NCBI RefSeq assembly: GCF_006345805.1
Contig: NC_043000.1
Coordinates: 155,496,001-155,560,000, forward strand
Direction: 5' to 3'
Source: Octopus sinensis
Taxonomy: Eukaryota
DNA: 64,000 bases
Part shown: positions 1 to 12,844 of the stretch, in pieces
How the letters are laid out: every line of letters begins with the position of its first letter
Position numbering within the stretch: the stretch's first letter is position 1
Notes under the pieces: generated by a model
Told to the model about the DNA's origin: nothing
The model's input: the letters and a program-made list of their open reading frames with translations, nothing else
Database searches by the model: none
Program-made: the position numbers and the translations under genes

Positions 1-2194
1 CGGACGTTTCTAATATTAACAGTATTGTTTACAAAAATTTCAAGGAGGGAAGACTATTGAAGCTCGTTTTATTACAGACGTTTTTGTTAGTTTACCATCA
101 TCCTACTTTTATTTCTTTCTTGCTATCTTTCTTCGTTTTATTTATTTAGTTATTTATTATTCTGTTTCTCTTTGAAGACAGATCACCTAGAATAAAGTAT
201 TATGCTGTTGTTATAATTGTGGTCATTGTTTTTGTTGATTTTGTGTCCGTTGTTTGGAGTTTTATTCGCCGAGATATGTGAGTGTATGTGTGTTACTGTG
301 TTTGTCGATATTTGGTGGAGATAGGTATATCTTGTATGTAGACATGTTTAGGTGTTTATGTATACATATCGACGCATATATGTATATGTATGTACGTGTG
401 TTTGTCTTCTGCATTTTTTTCATCTTTAGTCGAATTTTGTTTTGTTTTTTTTTTCATTTCATTGATAGAGAACCCACTTGTTACCTGTCTGATTCACAGT
501 AATGATGGAGTTGCGTGCCTGAGAACATTCGCGCAACAAAGTTGTGGAAAAGAAGGAAAAATAAAGAGAAAATGGCAAACAAAATGAAACGAAAGAACAT
601 AGGATATAAGAAATAAATGAAAATCGATATACAGAAAGATAGATTGATAGACAGAAAGAAAGATAAATTGAAGTACATCGTTTTAAAGTGTTGTTTCATT
701 GTTAGTTGAAAGAAAAGTTTTAGTTTGTCTTTTTTATATGTTGTTTTCGGGTCTATATTAAAAATAGTGTCTGCACACGCATGTGTGAATATTTAAAACA
801 ATAGTCTATACACGCATGTGTATATATCTGAAAGAGAGATTGTATGCGCATGCGGACGGCTGTTTACTTTATTTAATAGGTTTATTGATTGAGGAAAGCC
901 AAGTGTGTGCTCGGATTGGCGACAATAGTTAACCCAATACATCGTTAATACATCGTTAATCGAATTCATAACCAAGGTAATTCTGCGATGTCATACTTAT
1001 CCTTCTCCCCACTAGAAACTATATTAGGGCATATAGCAGCATGGTTCTGCAAGTTATTTTCGGTGCCTAAGATTACATGAATCCCTGCCTGGTTGATAAA
1101 TTCTTTGTCCTTAAATTCTGGCAGAGTTGGTTTTCGGAATGAGTATACGACGTATATCCTCCTGTGTTCTAAATGTATTCATTCAATGAAAATTGTCAAT
1201 TTCAATAACGTTAATTTTACATCAGACAAAAACTATAACACAATACAGTTCCTTTTCTTTTCCTTTTGCTGATTTCAGTCAAAGGCTATGGCCATGCTGG
1301 AGGGTCTACCTTTGTGGAACATGCTTAATGTAAAGCTCTACAAACTGTATTTGTAGAGCATTGCATTACACATTCCTAGAACTCATTCACGAAAACATTT
1401 GATAGTAAAAACCATACGGTTTTTCAGAATAAGGTCTTATTCGCTTCGCCTGGAGGAAAAGGGGACAGTGGGCATGACACATTATAGGACCTCTGAATTT
1501 GACTTAGGAAGTTATCCTTAAGCCAGAGACCTACGTATCTCGAATGCTTGCAACATTGTTCATCGTTAAATGTTCGCAAGAACCACCTAGGGCTAAACCT
1601 GACAACAGATTAGCTACCTATGTAGAGCTACACAAAGAACAAGATCAGACAACGCAAAACATCGGGTCGACGTTTAACTATTTCGTCCGAGACTAGCATT
1701 TTAGTATATCGACACAGCAAGCATGAAAGGCAAAGTTGACCTCTGCACAGTTAGAACTTGAGAAAGTGTTATAAATACTACAAGACAAATGCCTGATGCC
1801 GCAAAGACTCAGCTTCTTCACCGTCTTTTGGCAATACAAATGTTTGGGGTCGCGAATGTGTCTGGTTCTCTCCTCTCACAAGCTTTGAGTGCTTAAAACA
1901 ACTATTCTTATATTGGATAAAAAGTCGAACAGCAGAAGTATATAACAGAGATATATGGAAATAGTAAACAAGCAGGGTCCGTGGAAATTCAAGGGTATAA
2001 GTCAGCATATTTCAAAACATAATGATAATATATTTAACACACGCAAGGAATTCCAAAATATTCTTTTGAAATTCTGCCATTTAATCAAAATTGTACCGTT
2101 AAATATAACATTTCATCGCAGTTAAGCTACCTATCTCTTTGTATATTTATTAAATTATCTCCCTGGCTACAAATTGATATATCTGTAGCCTCAC

Positions 2195-2571
<377 letters not shown>

Positions 2572-4163
2572 GTGTTGTGTCTGTCTGACTTTCTGTCTAA
2601 TCAACTACCATATGTGTTTTTTCCTTCTGCCGATGTATTTATCTCTCTGCCCTGATAATGCCGAAAAGTATTTAAAACAAATAAAAAATGAATAATGGCG
2701 ATGCCCCAGTATGGCCACAGCCTTTGGTCTAGAACACGTAAAAGATAAAAGTGTAACATTTACGATTATTTGCTATTTATTTCACTTAAATTCAACTATT
2801 AATATATTTTTCAAGGCATAAATTTATAGTCCATAAAATTATTTCATTATTCTGAACATTGCGATTGTGTTCGCGATTTGAACACAAATACACAATACTG
2901 ACCTTCTCTCTCCCTCTCCCTCCCTTTCTCTTGTGTTTTCACTTCCTATTTTTTCACTGATTCAACTACTTCTGGTTCTTTCTTTCTTTCCCCTTCTCCT
3001 CTTTCTCTATATACTTCTCTATTCGAGATAATGCCTTCCTTGGCGTAATACACAGACAAAACAGGAAGACTACAGGAACAAGCAGAATAATATAGATTAT
3101 TGTTAATTTCGTATATTTTGACACAATTCTACAATTTGCAGAATATTACTGGACACGGCAAAAGAACCTCTCGTATTTTATACAGCTATTGGTGTAGTTT
3201 TTAATGAAGGTATGTAGGTGGTAATGAAGTCTTTATTTAGTTAATATTTTATCATTTTCTTTCAGTTACCATCATGTTTAAATTGGTGTACAAATTGCGT
3301 TTGCTGTTCAAACGTGTATCAGCCTGTAAAATACGGGAAGTTTTTTTTATTACTTTAAAATCACATGTTTTCTTTTAAGATAGTGTTGTTCTTTGCTTGG
3401 TCTAATTGTAATTTCTTAACTCTGAGTACTTATATTTTCAATCTGGGCAGCTTCACCGTTGTATTGTACGTTCGTTCCTATTATTCTTTTACTTATTAAT
3501 CTTTGATATTTCTTATTACTTTAACATGCCAGCCTTTGAAACTGATATTTAAAATCCATTGTGAGGGTTGTATGACACTCAAAAATTAAAACTGAATATT
3601 TATCAAATTACTAACGTATTATAGATGTAATAAATTCATTTTGTTAATACAGTTCTATATTTGAAAGATGAGGAATTATGTACATTATTTACATTTGACG
3701 AATATTTGTCCTCATCTTGTTTGTTGTTAACACTTCTGCTGATATACTCTTCAGGCTTCATGGGGTGTCTTGGGGAAATTTAGAACCTGAGTTCTCATTC
3801 CTAAGGTATTTTTCGATGTTAATATTATCCTTACTAATATTATTCAGCTCACTGCCTGGAATCGAACTCGGAATCTTGGGGTTAGTATCTTTAAACTTGA
3901 TTTTAACAGTTAGGCGCTATAGGCAATAGAGCCGGCCACCAGTCGAGAGCAAACATGGCTTGTTTGCATGTGCTATACTTTGTTGTAAGCGACTATGTAC
4001 CTCCGAGCAGACACAGAAGCCCTCTCAGCCCAAACCATCGCAGATTTAGAGTTATGTACCGGTTGAGACAGCCAGAAGAAGAGATAGCAGCACCAGTAAC
4101 CGGTGTGTTCTCATCATAGCTCAGTAGACGGGTGTAACACGAAATGAAGTGCCTCTAGAGTTA

Positions 4164-5091
4164 TCTAATTACTTATAATCTATAATGAGAGAGTTCTTTC
4201 GAACTCTCTCATTATAGATTATACCTGTTCTACCAGTTAAGTTGCTGTGAGAAACTAGAATCTAACATTTAAGCAAGACCTTTCGTTTATAAGTGAAAAA
4301 AAATCTGGCATGTATTGCTGTCAACCCAAGCGAAAATGCCAGACTTTCTTTTCTTTACAATGCGAAGAAATGAACTTAGAAATATAAAGAATTTATCTAG
4401 CTCGTGGTTACACCTTGATATTAGTAAAGGGCATTCGGATTCAATCAACTGTGATTTTTAAGGTTTTGACTTATCTACTTAATGACATAGGTATTAGACT
4501 TTCTAAATGTTTCTGATCCCTTGAAAATTTATACGAATGCTAGATGCAGTTATTACACACACACACACACAGTTGAAATAAAAGGAAACAGAAAATTAAT
4601 ATTTGTCTTGCTTAAACTTTAGATTCTAGTTTCCCACAGCAAATGAACAAGTAGAACTCTTCTTTGGAACTCTCTCATTGTGGATTATAAGTAACTAGTA
4701 GTATCGCCCGGCGTTGCTCGGTTTGTAAGGGAAATAACTATATAAGCATTTTTAGAGATGTAAAGTATAATAGCCATCTCAATATGGTTAACCACAAAGG
4801 GGGGGTGTTACTGTAGCTTTTTACGTTCTGAGATTTAATAATAAATTTTTAGAGAGTTACTTCCCTTATATATACAAAAAATGCATTAAAAATGGGAAAA
4901 ATTGATGGTAATTTTTTTTAAATCGTAGACTCATCGTAGACGCGCGCTAATACCCAGAAGGGCTCGATATGAATCACGACTATAAGATACCCGGTTTTGG
5001 TTAAACTGCACCGCAAAATTGGGAGTAGTTAGGAATCTAAATCGTAGGAGACAGACAGCACACAACTTCTCTTTTATATATAAAGATTAGA
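4164..5091. mobile_element. MITE-like element with about 90-bp imperfect terminal inverted repeats; right TIR split by a Helitron
   Basis: Left tctaattacttataatctataatgagagagttc...gctgtgagaaactagaatctaacatttaagcaagac is the reverse complement of gtcttgcttaaactttagattctagtttcccacagc...gaactctctcattgtggattataagtaa (ends 4694) plus ttaga (5087-5091). Confidence 0.6.
4695..5086 (-). mobile_element. Non-autonomous Helitron (392 bp)
   Basis: Minus strand starts TCTTTATATATAAAAG, ends CCGAGCAACGCCGGGCGATACTACTAG (GC hairpin then CTAG), inserted between A and T with no TSD. Confidence 0.85.
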
Positions 5092-5229
5092 GAAACGTAA
5101 AGGCAAAATATCTCATCTGTAAACGTGATTTTGCTTGTTATTTGTATTTTGAGAATAAATTTAGTGACCGATGTCTGCAGGTAAATATTATACTGTTGCG
5201 TTCATTAAGACGATGTTTAAACCTCCCTT

Positions 5230-5890
5230 GTTTGACAACAAATTCTGAAGCCTGGTCGTAATGAAGGAATTGGTTTCTTTTATTAGAATTACAAAAACGA
5301 ATCCATTTTAGATCACCAATTACATTTCGACACCAAAATAGGAATCTTAAGAACTTTTCAAAAGTTGTTTGGAAATGTTCCCTCGTTATTGAGCCTCGTC
5401 ATTTTCCAGTTCATTAGGAGCAGCTCGGCAGCGTCTATCCACAAGGTCGAGCTTATTGATGTGTCCACTGGTGGTGCTTTGTGAAGACCCAAGTTCTGCA
5501 GACAATCTACGTATTCTTGAATCTGGCTGTTGTTCAACCTTTTCAAGCAAATCCTCATCTTTCACAACAGAATGTCTCCCTGATCTTGATTTGTCTTCGG
5601 GGCAGGTGTCACCTTCCTTGAAACGTCTGAGCCGGTTTTGTGTCACATCTTCGTTGACAGTTCTTGGGCCTTCAACATTATCAACATCTTTTGCCTCTGC
5701 CCTTTCACTTGGGCTTTTGTTTCCCAGAAATAACTTAAAAATTGACTGTAATTTATTCCCCACTCATTATCAAAGCTGTGATATAAAGATAAGCAACCAA
5801 TACTTACCTGTTATTCATGAAAATAAAGAATAAACAATTCAGCAACGATTGGACAAGTTGTATCACATTGATGATTTAACATGAAGATAG
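5230..5890 (-). mobile_element. Mariner transposase relic, N-terminal HTH region
   Basis: ORF 5386-5763 RRFKEGDTCPEDKSRSGR...VEQQPDSRIRRLSAELG...APNEL; leader ccaatc(g/a)ttg(c/a)tgaattgtttatt...acagctttgataatga shared with the copy near 57.9 kb. Confidence 0.85.
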
Positions 5891-5964
5891 AAGTTGCCAA
5901 AGTCATCAGCGGAAATTCGAAAAAACTCTCGACTCAACCTGGTATATATATCTTTATATATATA

Positions 5965-6017
<53 letters not shown>

Positions 6018-7430
6018 GTGTGCACGCGCGTGTTTGAGTGTGTATCTGTGCATGTGTGTGTGTGTGTGTGTCTATGAGTTTGTATGGAGAAAGAGAGAAA
6101 GAATGGTTATATTTGGCTGACATTCTGTAAGAATATCTGCCGAATATCTTTCAGATGACACTCCCAACCATTTTAATTAAAAAGAGGAAGGATGCATTCA
6201 GTAGACTACATCTGGAAATCAAAGATGGGATTATAATTCTCCTCTATGAAGCTGACTTGGGACAAAACCAATAAACTACCAAAAAAATACAACACGTATG
6301 GATTCAATGTATTAACGTAATTTGCATGCCGGATATAGTTAACCCTTGGAAGATTCAGCAACTCGAAATACTCATTGCCCCTGTTGCTCAGCAACAAGCC
6401 AGCCTTCATAGAGATGACATCCCAACTTATGGCGTTCTTCTAAGAACTAAAGGCATTCAATAATGATATTTATGGGGTTTTTTTCTTCTTTTTCTACTTA
6501 TTCACGGCCTCATACATGGTCCAATATGTCTTTGTAAAAATGACAAGAACTGATTTGGAAGTATTTGGCTGTTATTTCTAGCAAGCTGATCAACTGCATA
6601 CAAGCTCGCTCATTTGTTTGATGTACGTATTTCAACGCTAAAGAGTATCCTCAGCTTATGTACGAATTCTGTTTCCCAACTCGTTTTTCTTCTTTTAAAC
6701 ATTATGAGGGTTTGATTTATGTTGCCTTCGGTTCGCCTAAACCTGGTGGGGACTATTTTATGGTCTCCAGATCAAAAAATAGCTGATTTCTTTATGGCAG
6801 AAAGAGAGAGGGGGCAGAAAGAGAAAAGTGTCGATTCCAGTACTTGGACTGGTTGTTTATTTATCGACCCGTAAAGAATGAAAAACGAAGTTTACCCCAG
6901 AGCAGTATAGTTAACTAGAATGTATACTGCAAGACATTCTAACCGTTGATCTGCCAATTCATCCGCCTATTTGGGGTTTCGAGATGTCAGTGAAAGGGGT
7001 ATACACCATGGAAATGTCTGATAATTGCAGCACGTAAACATAAAACAACATATTACTCGATGGTCAATGCTAGTGTTGGTTGTCTATCAACAAAACTAGT
7101 CTCCAAACAGACCCGTGTGCACATTTACAGAAAGAAAGAAAGAAAGAAAGAATGAAAGAAATGGGGATGCCTTTACATGACTCTGCAATAGAAAATACGA
7201 TAAGAAATAAATGAAAGGGAAGAATCTATAGGATTAATCCTGAAACTGATTCAATATAGAAATAACGAACTTTTTAAAATAATTCTGTTGGCTAGCTTTC
7301 CTTGATTTCAGCACAACGTGTATTTATAGTGAATGTATAATGAAATGTGGAAATTGACGATTTAAAGTCTGTTATCAGCATATTGGCATAGAAATAATTT
7401 TTCTTTTGCCCTTGTTTATAAGTTGCATAT

Positions 7431-7461
<31 letters not shown>

Positions 7462-7687
7462 AGAGGGAGAGAGAGAAGGAGAGATAGTGAGTGACCATAT
7501 CTACATTGCTGGCAATGCAATGTTCTCAACACATTTTTGTTATAAACACTGAGTGGAGGATTGATGGGTGACAAAATGTCCAAAGAAACCCTTTCGTCGA
7601 TCACCTGTATATATAACGACTGGCGAGGAATGTTCACATATTGTTCTATGACGCTGTATATATTATTCTTGCATTTTTTCCCAACAG

Positions 7688-7814
7688 TATTCAGGAGATC
7701 TCCAAACACATGATGCGTCATGATGCGTCGAGTCCTGGTATACAGCGTTCCTGGTCGACTGCCCGTTTTGCCGGTGCTTCCAGACAACCCTGTTATGCTA
7801 TTCGACCCTCCTAA
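7688..7814 (+). other. Candidate terminal coding exon (41 codons), gene unknown
   Basis: Pyrimidine-rich acceptor ttcttgcattttttcccaacAG, open frame IQEISKHMMRHDASSPGIQRSWSTARFAGASRQPCYAIRPS*, locally GC-richer; no family recognised. Confidence 0.25.
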
Positions 7815-8082
7815 TATACGCGCCTCTCATAGTTTTATTATCTTTATTGAGCCGATACTCCCGAACAGTGCATGCTTTTCATGCTCACTTTGATGTCGTT
7901 TAAGAAGACTTGAAATAAGCAGACCATCAGCAGATCAAAAGCGTTCCAACTGTGATTATCCCGTTATTTTCATATTTTCATTCTCAGGGTAGTATACCGA
8001 AGGATTATGTATTTTTAATGTATAACTTTCATTCAAAACTGTACGGCGCAATTTGGTGGGACTTTAAGTGGTATTTCTAACG

Positions 8083-8316
8083 AAGGCAGTGAGCTGGCAG
8101 AATCGTTAGCACGCCGGGCGAAATGCTTTGTGGTATTTTGTCTGCCGTTACGTTCTGGGTTCAAATTCCGCCAAGGTCGACTTTGCCTTTCATCCTTTCG
8201 GGGTCGATTAAATAAGTACCAGTTACGCACTGGGGTCGATATAATTGACTTAATCCGTTTGTCTGTCCTTGTTTATCCTCTCTGTGTTTAGCCCCTTGTG
8301 GGTAGTAAAGAAATAG
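8083..8316 (+). mobile_element. SINE-B, full copy (tRNA-like head; central CTTTCATCCTTTCGGGGTCGAT...AGTACCAG domain resembling Deu/Nin-type SINEs)
   Basis: B-box-like GGTTCAAATTCC; 14-bp TSD ggtatttctaacga at 8070-8083 and 8316-8329; many homologues in window. Confidence 0.9.
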
Positions 8317-8900
8317 GTATTTCTAACGATTAATCATGTAAAAGCTTCACTGTAAGACATCGTTTTTCTTAAGAGAGCTCCACGTAAAATATGAATATAG
8401 GGCTTATAAAGGTCACAGGCAATCATTATTTCCACCTACGAATAATTAATAAAAATAATAATATTTCAGCATCATTTCAGACCAGTTTAACGTGCAAGCT
8501 TTTTCACTACTCTCTTCTCTGTTCTTCACTTTAGTATCAGACATTCTTTTTGTCTAAATATTCGTCGAATACAAAAGGTCATGAATTGGTTAATTTTTTC
8601 CAACTCTCCTATTCGTCTTTCCATTTGTTTATTTTCCCTTTGTTCTACATTAATGTAGAAGTAAAGAACACAACAAACCTCTTCTTAATAATGCTGGATA
8701 AAAATTAGGATTATCGACTACGAGGCAAAAAATAAATTGTTCTTTGTAAATAAAGTCTAGTGAAAGTAGCTACACACGTTCACGCGCACGCGCACACACA
8801 CGCACACACGCGAAGACGCATGCACACATACACATACCTACATACATAGATACACACCCACAAAACATTTTTCCTTCTCCCTCTCCTTATCTGTGTATGC

Positions 8901-8910
8901 ATGTATTTGC

Positions 8911-8951
<41 letters not shown>

Positions 8952-9078
8952 ATATATGAATTATATATGTATACGTGTGTGTTTGTGTATTATATATGTA
9001 CATATATTAATACACAAACACAAACACACACATATACATATATAATTCATATATTTATATACGTACATATATATATAT

Positions 9079-9121
<43 letters not shown>

Positions 9122-9134
9122 GTATATATATGTA

Positions 9135-9180
<46 letters not shown>

Positions 9181-9400
9181 ATATATGTATGCACATACAT
9201 ATATACATTATAATTAAATACACAGAAACACACATGTACATATATAATTCATATATTATATATATACATATATATATAAATATAAAATATATGAATTATA
9301 TATGTGTGTGTTTATGTTTATGTGTATGTATTTATATATGTATATATGTATGTGTATATATGCATGTGTATATATATATATATATACATACATACACACA
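8901..9400. repeat. Compound (TA)/(TG)/(CA) microsatellite with internal inverted segments
   Basis: Direct reading. Confidence 0.9.
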
Positions 9401-9995
9401 GAGACATGAATATGAATATTAAACGTTGTTTATATGTATTTTAGGATATACAGTCTATGCACGCGATCTTGCATCACACACAAGCGCATATACGCACATT
9501 TTGTAATAATGAATATATTTCTGTATGAGTTTTATGTGCTGCACACGTATACACGAATGTGTATCTGTGTGAATGGACGTCCATTCTTCACATGTTTATA
9601 TAATGTCAGGTTACGTTATCATAAAGAATGCCCCGAAAGAAATCTTTGTTTGAAATATTGGCAAAACCTACAGATTCTGGTTCGGCTCTGTGTTGTGAGT
9701 ATTGTGTATGTCTTTTGTTCATTTCAATAATACAGGAGCCGACACTCTCCAACAAGACTGCATGCGTGTGGCTACCGATCTTTACGTTTGAGGATCTCTT
9801 AATGCATATGTTATTGGTCATTCTAAGGTTGTCTATATGACTGTATTCATATTTACTTACATATATACATACATACATACACACACACATACAATGCATA
9901 TTTTCTTATATTCGTTTATTCTTTCTCTTGTTTAGGTCGTTGAATCATGTCCATGCAGGGGCACCGTCTTGAAGCTTACATACATACATGCATAT

Positions 9996-10393
9996 ACTCT
10001 CTTTTACTTGTTTCAGTCATTTGACTGCGGCCATGTTGGAGCACTGCTTTTAGTCGAGCAACTCGACCCCGGGACTTACTCTTTTTGTAAGCCCAGTACT
10101 TATTCTATCGGTCTCTTTTGCCGAACCGCTAAGTAACGGGGACATAAATACACCAGCATCGGTTGTCAAGCAATGCTAGGGGGACAAACACAGACACACA
10201 AACACACACGCGCATATATATACATATATACGACGGGCTTCTTTCAGTTTCCGTCTACCAAATCCACTCACAAGGCTTTGGTCGGCCCGAGGCTATAGTA
10301 GAAGACACTTGCCCAAGGTGCCACGCAGTGGGACTGAACCCGGAACCATGTGGTTGGTAAACAAGCTACTTACCACACAGCCACTTCTGTGCC
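9996..10393 (-). mobile_element. SINE-A, full copy (tRNA-like head, CCTTGGGCAAGTG CORE-like motif, internal TA/TG tract, LINE-like 3' tail)
   Basis: Near-identical to copies at 17.3, 18.9, 42.2, 46.9, 54.1 and 60.9 kb. Confidence 0.92.
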
Positions 10394-10463
10394 TATATAT
10401 ACATACATACGTACATACATACAGGCATACATACATACATACATACATACATACATACATACA

Positions 10464-10497
<34 letters not shown>

Positions 10498-10733
10498 CAT
10501 ATATATATACATGCATGCATACATGTTGATTAGTTTACGCCTCCATAACTTGACGGTTCAGCATAGGAGGTCGATGCAATAAATATGATACCTAAATTAT
10601 AAAGCAATAAATCGATTTATGAACTGAATATTGAAGCCGCTTCCCAGCACGGTCGCATCCTATAACTAAATCAATTAAAAACGAATAATATAAGCATGTT
10701 CATGTTTGGATTAATTATATATATATAATTGAC

Positions 10734-11350
10734 TTTGACTATTGCTCTCAGCTATGGTCACCATCCAGTGTCAAGTTGATCACAGAACTTGAGGCGATCC
10801 AACGAAGCTACACGAAGAAGATAGCCTCTGTGCAGCATATAAGCTACTGGGAAAGACTCAAGAGATTAAAACTCTATTCCTTGGAGCGTAGGCGAGAAAG
10901 ATATGCCATAATATACATCTGGAAGATCCTGGAAAGACTTGTCCCAAACTTTGGCATCAAGAGTTACACAAATGCCAGAACTGGGCGCCACTGCGTGGTG
11001 CCAAGGACTCCAAATTTGCCATCAAGATGTAGGACAAGGTACTGTGATAGCCTGGGCTTCAGAGGCCCACAGCTCTTCAATATCCTCCCGAAGAACCTGG
11101 GGGACCTGCATGGGGTGGATGCGGATGTCTTTAAAGTAGGACTGAATCTCTTCCTGTCAGGTGTCCCGGATGAACCAACTTCACGGCGGGAGGTGCAGAT
11201 GAGGGCAGCTGCATCGAACTCTCTCATGCACCAAATGGCAGTTGCTAAAAAGCATTCGTGAAGTAAAATCATGTAGCAACACCAAATGGCGGTGCCCCAG
11301 CATGGCCACAGCTCGTGAGCTGAAACTAGATAGAATAAATAAAAATAAAT
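10734..11350 (+). mobile_element. 5'-truncated CR1/L2-group LINE (3' end of ORF2 plus 3' UTR)
   Basis: ORF 10776-11261 with SYWERLKRLKLYSLERRRERY; closely matches the 44.6-45.2 kb copy. Confidence 0.92.
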
Positions 11351-11562
11351 ATATATACATACCAGCTTAAAAGTTACACTCTGTGCGAACTCTTCGGATA
11401 GCTCTTGCGGGAGGCAAATTAGGCTTGAGGCCCAAAACTGAGGAGAGAAATGTTAATAAAGCATTTATTAGTACCCTACCATCTCAGATTTATCTCACAA
11501 ACTATCACATTTGGAGAATTTTGTATCACCGTGCCGTTTGGACCTCACTGTAAACCAGCAGG

Positions 11563-12320
11563 TTAAAAAACAATCTTGGTTTTATAATTTGGTGTGAGTA
11601 TGATGAGGTTGTTGCCATTTCCAACTCTGGAACAACCAAGGTAGAGTTTACCATGGGAAAAGCGCTGCTGCATGAGGTGAAGTCCAACAATTTTCAAGGA
11701 TTGACCTTGGCTCTTCTTAATTGAAATCGCAAAGCTAACGCGTACTAGAAACATGTCTGCTGAAATCAGTGGAATTCTTGGAATAAACACATTGTCTCCC
11801 TCTCCTTGCTCAGTGTGGCTAGTTTATTCCAAAAGTTGTGGATGTATTTGCCTGACAATCAGTCTTGATCCATTGCATAGCTTTGAGAGATCCAGATTTC
11901 CCAAAAGCATGATTGGAAGTCCTTTCTTCAATGTCAATTTCTGAGAAGGCATTCCAGGAGGATCCAAAGAGTTAAAAAATTTACTAGGACAATTCACAGC
12001 CTCTGCAGGGTCCACGGTAGTATCAACTCAGAAAAAAATTGTTTTCCTTAGTATTCATTGATTGATTGAATAAGCTTCAAATTGACGATCTGGACAGTTT
12101 CATTCATTGGTGCAACTACGTCTCTTTCACAAAGCTAATCAGGATCTTGAAAATTATGTCCAATGTTTGGGTAAACCTTGGTATTCAACTCTTCTACAGT
12201 TTTGAGTAAAATGCCGCAGCCATTTGGAAAAGCGATGCCTCCATTACTGTTTTGCTGAATTCTTCTATTGCCCAAATCCAGTAGCTGAGCTGCTAAACTT
12301 CCAGCATCCAAATGTCTGAA
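11563..12320 (-). mobile_element. Helitron RepHel PIF1-like helicase C-terminal relic (stops and frameshifts)
   Basis: FFNSLDPPGMPSQKLTLKKGLPIMLLGNLDLSKLCNGSRL and FIPRIPL...FAISIKKSQGQSL...FSHGKLYLGCSRV match PIF1/Helitron helicase motifs. Confidence 0.88.
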
Positions 12321-12332
12321 TAAACTGACTCC

Positions 12333-12420
12333 GCCGAAAGTCCGATGATCAGGCCGAAACTCCGATCTGGCCGAAAGTCCGATTTGGGCTGGAAGTCCGA
12401 TTTTGGGCCAAAAGTTCGAG
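12333..12420. repeat. Minisatellite of about 5 units of 17-20 bp (ccgaaagtccgat...gg)
   Basis: Direct reading. Confidence 0.85.
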
Positions 12421-12844
12421 TTCTTCTAATTTTCTCCCGAACAGTTTGATTCACGAAATGCGTGATATCGAATCCTCACGAACATGAAACTTCTCACTTT
12501 GACTTGGGTCAAGTGTTAAATGAATAGAATCGAAAATATTTTTTTTTTGTAATTCAAGATGATTTAGTATTACTTTAAATTCAGTTTAAATGAAAAACTT
12601 GTGAGTTCACAAATCTTTGGAAGTCTTTCAAAATTTGATTTTTCAGCTGTTAGCGTACAGCAAATCCTCATCCAGACCTGATGCCAATGGCGGACGTTCA
12701 AGAACCAAATAAAGGATAAAACTTCAATCCCGGAATCATCCTAATTCCAAAAGCGAATAAGATGTCTATGTACAGCAAATGTAGACTGAGATACACGAGT
12801 CCCAGATGGACAGACAGACAGAGTTTTGTGTTTATTGCAATAGA
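12420..12844 (-). mobile_element. Probable Helitron 5' terminal segment
   Basis: Minus strand begins A|TCTATTGCAATAAACACAAAACTCTGTCTGTCTGTCC, the same layout as the 5' end of the 4695-5086 Helitron; collinear with the helicase relic. Confidence 0.5.

Noticed and set aside
1655-1700. Decayed hammerhead on the minus strand (CGGACGA...AAACGTC)
   Set aside because: Two core bases wrong and helix I does not pair
5775-5810. GT-AG intron in the mariner 5' UTR (minus strand)
   Set aside because: Only about 32 nt and the donor is not conserved in the 57.9-kb copy
6200-6430. Possible helicase-like relic
   Set aside because: Similarity to PIF1 motifs too weak to defend
7416-7787. 123-aa minus-strand ORF
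   Set aside because: No recognisable motif; ends in a GA/GATA repeat
12333-12420. CRISPR-like short repeats (also 59789-59870)
   Set aside because: No unique spacers and no cas genes; eukaryotic tandem repeats
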